Assembly: GCA_000004985.1 (NCBI GenBank)
Contig: GG738863.1
From: Naegleria gruberi
Lineage: Eukaryota
Reading direction: 5' to 3' (one strand)
Length of the DNA: 64,000 nt
Shown: positions 44,901-53,211 of the stretch, piece by piece
Position numbering within the stretch: position 1 is the stretch's first letter
Layout: every line of letters starts with the position of its first letter
Program-made: the position numbers and the translations under genes
The notes under the pieces: model-generated
The model's database searches: none
What the model was told of the DNA's origin: nothing
The model's input: the letters and a program-made list of their open reading frames with translations, nothing else

Positions 44901-45049
44901 GATGATGCTGATAAATTTTCCAACAAAAGGGCTGCTCTACTATCCTCCAAAGTTGGTTCTCTCACCTGCAAATTGATTTGATCATAGGTATTAACTGATG
45001 GTACCAAGCCAGTTGGCAATGTAACTGGGCGTCTTGATAGAAGTCTCAT
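38932..45049 (-). CDS. alpha-2-macroglobulin / thioester-containing protein (TEP) family, about 2000 aa, two or more exons with a frame break at an ambiguous base
   Basis: Exon 1 (45049-44772: MRLLSRRPVT...DFFM) ends at a GTAAGT donor. A 56-nt intron (44716-44771) rejoins in frame to ...REKSLKAPVTADSIQVEFPPQ, which is ORF 39306-44693. Long MG-domain beta-rich repeats follow. YNYPFECCEQISSRILSIVALKDIL aligns to the thioester site [22 protein letters not shown]. An alpha/alpha TED-like region follows. After the single n at 39498 the protein continues in another frame (ORF 38932-39534: ...YHVALVDFLPAGLEPINPEL..., the typical A2M C-terminal region). No N-terminal signal peptide is evident. Confidence 0.8.
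39498..39498. other. single ambiguous base (n) coinciding with a reading-frame switch in the A2M/TEP gene
   Basis: The frame of ORF 39306-44693 and the frame of ORF 38932-39534 can only be joined within about 12 codons of this base. Confidence 0.8.
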
Positions 45050-45320
45050 GTTATTTGATGATGATCAGATTAAAGTTTTTTTAAAATAAATTGCTGGTGT
45101 TGTTTTTTCTATTTTTTTTTGATGATAACTTTTCGATTTTTGTGGCCATTTAAATGTTGTAACTGGCAGCTCATGAACTTTATTCCTTGGAACTCCTTTT
45201 GTGTTATCTTGTGTAATATTGAGTTTTTGTAATTAAATATTTTATACAGTGTAACCATTAAGAAAGGTTACCAAGGAAGAGACTACTAGGGCAAAAGGGA
45301 AGGGCAAAGGATGCAGACCT

Positions 45321-47543
45321 TTAAGATTTGGACAGGAAAGTGTTCACCAGTTGACCATTTAATTGTGAACTGGAGAGGTTTGGTTCGAATAATTGTCTTG
45401 TTGAGGGATGGAGCATCTTGAAGGTTTCTTCACTAATATGCAATTGATTCATTCTACCATTTGCCTCAATAGAATTACACAGAGAAACTCCCTCACCAAA
45501 CAAATCAAAACTTTGCTTGAACTTTCCAACAACTGCTGCTGTAATATTGGTAGAGGTGTGAATTCCAATTCGGACACCAATCTTGTTAGGATAGTTCCCT
45601 CCACCCAGAAATGCTCTCTTTTCATTGAATTTCTCAATGGATTTAATCATTTCAAAGCCACACTTAACACATTGCTCTGCATGTTTCGGTTCGTCATAGG
45701 ATGAGCTATGATAAAGACCACCAGCTAGGAAATAGCAATCTCCAATGGTTTTAATCTTTTCCAGCTTGTTGGAGGAGCATAAATCATCAAAGTTTTCGAA
45801 TATATCATGGAGCATCTTGATAACACTTGTTGGATTCATGTCACTAGTCAATTTGGTAAATCCAACAATGTCACAATAGAGCAATGTACAACATACAATA
45901 GAGTCAATAACTTTCAGACCCATTGAAAGTCTTTGTGCAATGTTTTTAGGGAAAATTCGATCCGTTATTCTGGTCAATTGTTCCTCTTTCGTTGCAACCA
46001 TTCCAGTATCTCTAATGAATCCAATAAAGTGAGATTTTTGACTTTTTGGATCAATTACTTCTGAAATTCTGGTTTCTATTGAGAGAATTCGTCCACATTT
46101 CCCTTCTGCTTTGAGGAACCTTACACTGTCAATTACTTTTTTCTGACCAGTTCTCATGTATCTCTCTAAATAGTAATCGTGCTTTCTTCTATCTGAAGAG
46201 TTGCAAAGCATTTTAATGTTTTTACCGAGAACTTCATATTTCTGATAGCCAAAAACATTCACAGCCGAATGATTAAAAACCTGAATGATTCCTTCCTGGG
46301 TAATAGCAATGATTGGAATGACTGAAAGTTCAGTAATTGAATCACAAATAGTCTTGTTTTTCATAAGTTTCTCATCTTCTTCACTTGTTTTACATTGTTG
46401 AATGTAGAGACAGTAATGAATCGTGCCAGTTTTTTTAACGGTGACAACTTTACCGTGACAAGGGAATGATTTCTTGAGTACGTTTGAATAGCATGTGAGT
46501 TTTAAATCTCTTACCAAAAGCTTTCGTCTTCTTCTCGATCGTTCCTCTTTCCTTGCAATTGAATATGGCAATCCATGAGAGGCACAATGAGTTTCTGTTA
46601 TATCCCAAGAATTCAATGAACCAGTAAATCTTTCAATTTCCATCTGAATGTCCATAATTGACTGCTCATCCACATACTTTGAAAGATTTTCGCCTAGAGC
46701 CACAAATGAATGAATTCCAAATAATTTCTCAGATTCTGGATTTAAATACTCGATTTCAAACTTCTCATTGAATATAATGATAGGAAATCCACACAACATC
46801 ATTTGATCTATGGCAGAATTCAACTCCTCAGATTCTTCCTGCATGAGTGGTGCGTCATTTTCAGTATATCCATTCATTACACTTCCATACACTTGCAAAT
46901 CACTCACCAAATCGAATGCATCATGTGTATAATCAATTGCTTGTTCAGACTCTGCTTCTGTCTCACCTTCACAATATTCTGATTCGATTGTTTGTCCAAA
47001 ATTAGCAAGACCGTTCAGTAAATTATTAGAGCTTTGCAATCCTTTGAGAAGCCTGGACGAAAGTCCCTTCTTGAATCCTGCAGCCCTTTTCAGTGTTTGC
47101 ATTCCTTGCTCTCTACTCTGAACAGAGAGAAAACTTGCTCCACTTCTAGCAGAAGATTGGGCACTTTCACAACCCATATCTGTAGAGTTTAAATCAAGAA
47201 AGAGTGAGTTTTTCAATTCACCTGGTTTAAGGCAAATGGAGGCACTTGCAACAGCCATAGTTGAGTATTGTCTTCCGAGTTGAGTAGGTGGTTTTAGGAC
47301 TTTTCTTTTAGGAAAAAGAAGTGGTTCCTCTACTCCATACGTACTTGTAGCATCTCCATTATATTCTGAAGTTTCGCATGAAGATACAGAAATTGCAGAA
47401 TCATCGTCATCATCATTAAGAGAAATTGAAAAGCCAGAAGGTTTCGTAATAATGGTTGGACGACTGTAGGAGAAAGTCTGATACTCCAAGTCACCAGAAA
47501 TTGATTCTTGCTCCTCAACAAGCATTCGTTTCTTCATGATCAA
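45321..47543 (-). CDS. PAS-PAS-class III nucleotidyl cyclase (adenylate/guanylate cyclase catalytic domain at the C-terminus)
   Basis: Single 740-aa ORF. An acidic Ser-rich N-terminus is followed by two PAS-like segments (CGFPIIIFNEKFEIEYLNPESEKLFG...; ICDSITELSVIPIIAITQEGIIQVFNHSAVNVFGYQKYEVLGKNIKML). The cyclase domain then reads CCTLLYCDIVGFTKL (metal Asp), KIKTIGDCYF, RIGIHTS...AAVVG, FDLFGEGVSLCNSIEANG. Confidence 0.85.
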   Translation of the reverse strand: MIMKKRMLVEEQESISGDLEYQTFSYSRPTIITKPSGFSISLNDDDDDSAISVSSCETSEYNGDATSTYGVEEPLLFPKRKVLKPPTQLGRQYSTMAVASASICLKPGELKNSLFLDLNSTDMGCESAQSSARSGASFLSVQSREQGMQTLKRAAGFKKGLSSRLLKGLQSSNNLLNGLANFGQTIESEYCEGETEAESEQAIDYTHDAFDLVSDLQVYGSVMNGYTENDAPLMQEESEELNSAIDQMMLCGFPIIIFNEKFEIEYLNPESEKLFGIHSFVALGENLSKYVDEQSIMDIQMEIERFTGSLNSWDITETHCASHGLPYSIARKEERSRRRRKLLVRDLKLTCYSNVLKKSFPCHGKVVTVKKTGTIHYCLYIQQCKTSEEDEKLMKNKTICDSITELSVIPIIAITQEGIIQVFNHSAVNVFGYQKYEVLGKNIKMLCNSSDRRKHDYYLERYMRTGQKKVIDSVRFLKAEGKCGRILSIETRISEVIDPKSQKSHFIGFIRDTGMVATKEEQLTRITDRIFPKNIAQRLSMGLKVIDSIVCCTLLYCDIVGFTKLTSDMNPTSVIKMLHDIFENFDDLCSSNKLEKIKTIGDCYFLAGGLYHSSSYDEPKHAEQCVKCGFEMIKSIEKFNEKRAFLGGGNYPNKIGVRIGIHTSTNITAAVVGKFKQSFDLFGEGVSLCNSIEANGRMNQLHISEETFKMLHPSTRQLFEPNLSSSQLNGQLVNTFLSKS

Positions 47544-48031
47544 TTATTGATGTTTTGAGGTTTTTTTAATAATACCGAATGACATTATCTGAAGTTTTTA
47601 AAAGTGGTGGCATGCAGATCTTCCTCAGATAGATATTTTTGCAGAAAGAGATAAGCAGGAAATTTTAATTACCCTTTTATATTAAAGTGAGGTTTCTTTT
47701 TGACTTTTTGTATTCTTAATCATGCCAGATCGTGAGATGAAAATTTTAAGGATTTGGCAATTATTGAAAAAAGACTTGATGTTATTTGACAAGATTTCAA
47801 AGTTGGCTCAATGGTTCAGCTAATTATCAAAGATTGTTGTTTGATTTCTTGTGTTGTTTCAAAATAAAGCACTTTAAAACACAAAAAAGTTGTTTTGCCA
47901 AATTGCTTAAAATCATGTGCGAAGCCAATCTCCAGACGTGGCATAGAATAAACCTTACTACTTGTTTGAATATTGGACTTGTCTTGGTAGAATCATATTA
48001 AAACGAAAGAAGTATTTGATTATGATTAAAT

Positions 48032-49267
48032 TTATTGCATTTTGGATGAAAGTAAAATGAATTGTTGGATAGTTTGGCTAACATCACCACCATTTTGTTC
48101 AAGAATATCAACAAGGGCTCTTTCATTAGTCATGCCCATATTGCTCAAAACGTCAAGTTGGAATTGATATTTTTCTTTAAGGGCATTGAATCTTTCATCT
48201 TCAAAGTCTTCTTCATCACTATCCTCATCATCACTATCGAATTCCCTAATATCATCAATCTTGAGATCTCTAACTTGTTGAATAGTTTGATCGACAGATT
48301 GTTGTTGTTGTTGTGGAGCTTCAGCAACTGGCAATGGATGAACAACTAAATCTAACCAGAAAGTATGTCCAAATTGAATATCACCAGAACACAATTTGAA
48401 ATATCCCTTAAGTGGGCCAAGTTTTCTTGGAATAAAAGTAACAGATACGTCCACTGATTGATTTGGACTAGCAACTGGAACATTAGAAGAAACAATTTGG
48501 AAAGGAAGAGCCTTGGAATCTCTACAATGTAATTGAACATTGGATGGCCAATTGGTTGAGCCAGGGTTGACAATCTTCCAAGTTTTGGTAATTTCTTGAT
48601 TAATATAAACTGATGATCCATCAGGCAAGTTGACATCAGAGGAAAATCTGGCAACAAAAGGAGTAGGTTGTTGAGAGGTATTAAGAGCTACAAAACCCAT
48701 AGAGTCTTCCATTACTGTAGCTGTGGTTGGATGAGTAGGTTGTTGTTGGGTTGTAACAGAAGAAGGTTGAATTAGAACAGGTTGAGGAGAACTTGATTTT
48801 GGTTGAATTGGTTGAGTTGGTTGGATTGGTGATTCAGGTTGTTTCTGTGGTGAGGATGGTTTTTGTGGAGTTATTGGTTGTGGTTGAATGGTTGCTGTTG
48901 GAGGTGTGGTAATTGGGATTTCCTTCTTTACTGGTTGTGTTGGTTGTTCCTTCTTCTTTGGAATAACCTTCTCCTTCAAAGTAACTTGCATACATGGTGT
49001 AGAGAAGGACTTTTTAGCATAGTTCCATTCATCTTCACTTGTTGTAACGATCAAATCATCTTCATTGTCTTTGTATTGAACAAGGTGAGTGGTAATATCG
49101 ATATTTAATTGGAATGCTTTGGAAACTTGTTGATAAAATTCAATCAATGTACAAGATGATGGCACGGAAAATCTTCTAATTGTATCATTGAGTTTGACTT
49201 TAACGGACAGTTGTTGAAAGACTCCATAGTTATTGTACATGATTTGTTGTGGATGAAACATTTTCAA
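48032..49267 (-). CDS. NBR1-like selective autophagy receptor (PB1 - FW/NBR1 domain - UBA)
   Basis: 411-aa ORF. The N-terminal PB1 is VKVKLNDTIRRFSVPSSCTLIEFYQQVSKAFQLN...LVQYKDNEDDLIVTTSEDEW. A Pro/Gln-rich linker follows. The FW/NBR1-type beta domain is FVARFSSDVNLPDGSSVYINQEITKTWKIVNPGSTNWPSNVQLHC...GHTFWLDLVV. A C-terminal UBA is ALKEKYQFQLDVLSNMGMTNERALVDILEQNGGDVSQTIQQF. Confidence 0.75.
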   Translation of the reverse strand: MKMFHPQQIMYNNYGVFQQLSVKVKLNDTIRRFSVPSSCTLIEFYQQVSKAFQLNIDITTHLVQYKDNEDDLIVTTSEDEWNYAKKSFSTPCMQVTLKEKVIPKKKEQPTQPVKKEIPITTPPTATIQPQPITPQKPSSPQKQPESPIQPTQPIQPKSSSPQPVLIQPSSVTTQQQPTHPTTATVMEDSMGFVALNTSQQPTPFVARFSSDVNLPDGSSVYINQEITKTWKIVNPGSTNWPSNVQLHCRDSKALPFQIVSSNVPVASPNQSVDVSVTFIPRKLGPLKGYFKLCSGDIQFGHTFWLDLVVHPLPVAEAPQQQQQSVDQTIQQVRDLKIDDIREFDSDDEDSDEEDFEDERFNALKEKYQFQLDVLSNMGMTNERALVDILEQNGGDVSQTIQQFILLSSKMQ

Positions 49268-49727
49268 TGATGATCGGTTGTTTTTCTTCGTTTGCTGCTT
49301 TTCACGTTTGTTTGCAATATTTGTCTCTTATCGGTTCAATCAAATAATAATTAAAATTGCTTTGGATCAAAATGAAGAAACGTGATGGCAGTTTTTTTCT
49401 TGTTGTGTTCTATTTTAATCCTCATACGTGATGCTGAGAAGAATTCCTTTCGAGGTTCATTGTGTTATTGGATTTAAATTAGAAGGTTACACATTTCCCT
49501 TCTCAACGTAAATCAATTCCTTCATATTTTGAAGATAAAACATTCAAATTCTCCAATCAAATTGATTTACAAGATGGATCATCAACATTAAATATTGTTT
49601 TACCTCTAGAAAATGCTGGAAATGAAAAAAATTAAAAAATATTTCATCACCAGCTATCGCATCATTCGTTTTCAAACTCTCTAATTTATTTAAAATTAAT
49701 ATTAAATAATTAATTGATTATTAGATA
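49268..49727. promoter_or_regulatory. divergent promoter region between the NBR1-like gene (minus) and the EEP nuclease gene (plus)
   Basis: 460-bp spacer between two outward-facing start codons. Its 3' 130 bp (from 49601) is duplicated at 52706. Inference only. Confidence 0.3.
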
Positions 49728-50999
49728 ATGCCTCCTCGTAAGAAAGTAGAACAACAAACAAGTTCTTTTGCTTGTCTTGAAAATATTTCGGAACATGAAA
49801 TTCAACAAATTGCTGTTAAAAAGAGGAGAGGACGGCCAAAAACAAAGCCTTCTATTTATGCCGATTTTCCAATTGCTGATTGTATGGGAAGAAATTGGAT
49901 TTTGAGTAATGAAAGTGAATTGAGAAGCAAAGTAGATTCATTCCGATTAGTGTGTTATAATATGCTTTGTCAAGACTATGCAAAGAAACCATACTTTCCA
50001 CACTTGTCGGATACCACTGAAATTTTGAGTTGGATTAATAGAAAGCATAGATTATTGGATGAATTTTTAAGCTATCATGCTGATATTATTTGTTTACAAG
50101 AAGTTGATAGATATGGTGATCATTGGAGGGAAAGATTATTAAAGAATGGATATGAATCAACTTATACTCAAAGAACAGGTGGTAAACCTGATGGTTGTGC
50201 CACATTTTGGAAGAGTGAAAAGTTTGAAAGTATTAGAAATATACCAATTTTATTCAATGATGTAGCAAGACAAATTACGAAAAATAGTGAATTGGAAACT
50301 CATGAAAAGTGTGATTTGAATGGAAATGTAGTGACCAGTTCTAATTCAATTTCCAAGTTTCTGACTAATAATGTGGCTAATCTAACACTCCTCAAACATA
50401 GATCAAGTGAAAAGTTGGTTTGCGTTGTGAATTTACACTTGTTTTGGGATCCTTCATTCCCTGAAGTTAAATTATGCCAAATATTTTACACTATGAAACA
50501 GACAAAGGATTATCTCACTTCCCTATCACTTGAGGATATTCAAATATTCTTTTGTGGTGATTACAACTCAATGCCAGATAGTGAAGTTTATGAATTTTTA
50601 ACAAAAGGTCAGACCTTTATTCCAGGACACTTGATTCCATTTTATGCAGACTCTGACTTTAAAGATAGTATTTCTCTAGTTGAGTGTGAGAATGATGATG
50701 GTGAAAAAACTTTCAAACACCAAATTACCAATCCATTTGGGACTGCAACGAGTTTATACAAAGCTGTATGTGGAGATGAACCAACATTCACCAATTATAC
50801 CAAAAATTTTAAGGGATGTTTGGATTATGTGATGGCTTGTAATTATCCTACCAGTGGTGAAGAAAAGGGTATTCTTGTCAGTCGAGCATTACAAATACTC
50901 ACAGAAGAGCAAGCATCTGAGTTTGAAGCTCTTCCTTCGATCAAGAATGCCTCAGATCACATTTCCCATGCATTCGATTTTGACATTATGAAACTATAA
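49728..50999 (+). CDS. CCR4/nocturnin/angel-type endonuclease-exonuclease-phosphatase (EEP) family deadenylase-like protein
   Basis: 423-aa ORF. ...DIICLQEVDRYGDHW (the catalytic E of the LQEVD motif), ...GCATFWKSEKF, ...NLHLFWDP, FFCGDYNSMPDS and ...GCLDYVMA (the terminal D/H block) are in canonical EEP order. Confidence 0.8.
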   Translation: MPPRKKVEQQTSSFACLENISEHEIQQIAVKKRRGRPKTKPSIYADFPIADCMGRNWILSNESELRSKVDSFRLVCYNMLCQDYAKKPYFPHLSDTTEILSWINRKHRLLDEFLSYHADIICLQEVDRYGDHWRERLLKNGYESTYTQRTGGKPDGCATFWKSEKFESIRNIPILFNDVARQITKNSELETHEKCDLNGNVVTSSNSISKFLTNNVANLTLLKHRSSEKLVCVVNLHLFWDPSFPEVKLCQIFYTMKQTKDYLTSLSLEDIQIFFCGDYNSMPDSEVYEFLTKGQTFIPGHLIPFYADSDFKDSISLVECENDDGEKTFKHQITNPFGTATSLYKAVCGDEPTFTNYTKNFKGCLDYVMACNYPTSGEEKGILVSRALQILTEEQASEFEALPSIKNASDHISHAFDFDIMKL

Positions 51000-51005
51000 A
51001 TCAAC

Positions 51006-52349
51006 TCATACCAAGACCCTCTCTTCACTAATTTGTACAGAATTCATTGAATGAACATCTGTTGCTGTATCAATATTGAGATAAATATTGGTATTAGTGT
51101 CAGAGGCACGAATGGTTCCATTATTTTCAACTCTTGAAATTTCAAATTGTGGAGGTGGTTCATTCATTGAAATTAAATGAAGTTTTTGAGTCTTTCCACC
51201 TTCAATTTCACAAGTTCCTAGAAATCGTATCGTACAAACTTCGTCCAATATTGAAGCTGTTGTTCCATCACAAATTATTCCACTCTCTAAATGATCGATA
51301 GCATAATAACAATGAGCAATAGATGAATTGATTAATTCCCCATACAATCCAAAATGTCTTCTAAAATCCGATCCAACACTAGCTCTGTAACCATAACCAC
51401 TTGCAAATCCAACACCATCGACCTCTAAATTCTCCCTATGAATTAGTTCTTTCAAACAGTGAATTACTAATGAAGGATTGGACTCTGCCATATGTCGTTC
51501 AAAGCTCAATATAAATTTTAGACTCTTTCTATCAAAGAACATATCAAGAACACAACAGTTATATTGCTCTGAAACAACTTGAATAGAATTGACAATATTA
51601 TTCTTTGTTGCNNNNNNNNNNNNNNNNNNNNNNNNNNNNNNNNNNNNNNNNNNNNNNNNNNAATTAATTATATTCATTAATTTAGCTGTAGACAGAGGAG
51701 TGTTTGTTCCGAAAGTTTGAAGAGGAGCCATTAATTGTTTCCTCTTTCTAATAGTTGCATTTACCTGCTTAATAATCCTTTTCTTTTGAATTTTTGAATT
51801 AGATTTGAACCATTTTGCATCCTTTACAGTGTCTTGCAGATCTTTCTTTTTAGCCATTAATTCCATAGTATCACTAGGAGAAGCATTTACTATTAATGAA
51901 TTTAATGGAATACATTTTGCTCCCAAAATTTTCAATTGATTCTTTTTGGAAGTAACCTTGTCAGCTTTACGTTTTAGAACTAGAACACTTCTTTGATTAT
52001 CATCATGAGCAATAATGGAATAGGTTTGATTTTTTCTACTTGCAATCAGTGTTTCGAATGGAACAGTTTCAATATGTTGTAATTCTTCCTTTCTGATTTT
52101 ATAATTTTTAACCTTTTTAATTTTGTCAATGCATAGGGCAACATATTTTCTCTTCAACCATTGAAATACTCTATTACAACAAAATCCTTGATGAATGTGT
52201 TTCTTTAATTCTTTGGATGCAAGATTTCTTCCTGTTTTATTCAATAAAAAAGCTCTGTACCAACGTTTCTTGTTGTGAGTTGTTTGACAGCAAACACAAA
52301 CAGTTCCTTTATCAATTAGTTGTGTTGATCGTGATGACAACTTACACAT
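51006..52349 (-). CDS. hypothetical protein (Cys-rich basic N-terminus; interrupted by an assembly gap)
   Basis: 447-aa ORF reading across the N-run 51612-51661. MCKLSSRSTQLIDKGTVCVCCQTTHNKKRWYRAF..., with ...GYGYRASVGSDFRRHFGLYGELINSSIAHCYYAIDHLESG at the C-terminus. Convergent with the EEP gene, with 6 bp between stops. No family assigned. Confidence 0.45.
   Translation of the reverse strand: MCKLSSRSTQLIDKGTVCVCCQTTHNKKRWYRAFLLNKTGRNLASKELKKHIHQGFCCNRVFQWLKRKYVALCIDKIKKVKNYKIRKEELQHIETVPFETLIASRKNQTYSIIAHDDNQRSVLVLKRKADKVTSKKNQLKILGAKCIPLNSLIVNASPSDTMELMAKKKDLQDTVKDAKWFKSNSKIQKKRIIKQVNATIRKRKQLMAPLQTFGTNTPLSTAKLMNIINXXXXXXXXXXXXXXXXXATKNNIVNSIQVVSEQYNCCVLDMFFDRKSLKFILSFERHMAESNPSLVIHCLKELIHRENLEVDGVGFASGYGYRASVGSDFRRHFGLYGELINSSIAHCYYAIDHLESGIICDGTTASILDEVCTIRFLGTCEIEGGKTQKLHLISMNEPPPQFEISRVENNGTIRASDTNTNIYLNIDTATDVHSMNSVQISEERVLV
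51612..51661. other. assembly gap (50 N)
   Basis: n run inside ORF 51006-52349. Confidence 0.99.
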
Positions 52350-52705
52350 TTTTTTCCCAAGTTTTTCTTTCTGACAGTTCTAGAGAAAATTAGAATAATT
52401 TGTGCAAATTTTATTTTTAGCAACCAGCTAAAAAAACTGAGCTGAAAATTCCTCATTGCTTTCTTTACCTTTTTTCTCAATAACCAGAGAGAGAACTGCG
52501 GAGAACTGCAAGATTTGGATTGTTTACATCAAATAATAGTGATAATGGTAAGATCAGTTTCTAACTCGTGTTTCTGTACGTTTCCAACAGAGTTAAAGTT
52601 AAGGTAAATTACGCTCAGAAACAGCTGGTAAATTTCCACTTTTTTCCATTATTTTTTAAAAAAAACACAAGTTTATGCTGTAGCAAAGGACATCCGATAC
52701 ACGAG

Positions 52706-53161
52706 TACCTCTAGAAAATGCTGGAAATGAAAAAATTAAAAAATATTTCATCACCAGCTATCGCATCATTTGTTTTAAACTCTCTAATTTATTTAAAATT
52801 AATATTAAATAATTAATTGATTATTAGATAATAGATAATGCCTCCTCGTAAGAAAGTAGAACAACAAACAAGTTCTTTTGCTTGTCTTGAAAATATTTCG
52901 GAACATGAAATTCAACAAATTGCTGTTAAAAAGAGGAGAGGACGACCAAAAACAAAGCCTTCTATTTATGCCGATTTTCCAATTGCTGATTGTATGGGAA
53001 GAAATTGGATTTTGAGTAATGAAAGTGAATTGAGAAGCAAAGTAGATTCATTCCGATTAGTGTGTTATAATATGCTTTGTCAAGACTATGCAAAGAAACC
53101 ATACTTTCCACACTTGTCGGATACCACTGAAATTTTGAGTTGGATTAATAGAAAGCATAGA
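52706..53161. repeat. near-identical duplicate (about 99%) of 49601-50051, covering the promoter and first 108 codons of the EEP nuclease gene and ending at an assembly gap
   Basis: Direct comparison shows identity except for a few indels/substitutions in the upstream part (A7 vs A6; cattcgttttcaaactct vs catttgttttaaactctc; an extra tagataa) and one coding substitution (ggacggcc vs ggacgacc). Confidence 0.85.
52838..53161 (+). pseudogene. truncated duplicate copy of the 5' end of the EEP nuclease gene (108 codons, then gap); probably an assembly artefact rather than a functional gene
   Basis: MPPRKKVEQQTSSF...WINRKHR is identical to residues 1-108 of ORF 49728-50999. It is cut by the N-run 53162-53211. 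Confidence 0.6.
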
Positions 53162-53211
53162 NNNNNNNNNNNNNNNNNNNNNNNNNNNNNNNNNNNNNNN
53201 NNNNNNNNNNN
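53162..53211. other. assembly gap (50 N)
   Basis: n run separating the duplicated EEP fragment from the sAC-like paralogue. Confidence 0.99.

Noticed and set aside
45361-45385. tRNA T-arm-like GGTTCGAATAA
   Set aside because: No acceptor stem, D-arm or anticodon arm can be built around it. It lies at the 3' end of the PAS-cyclase gene.
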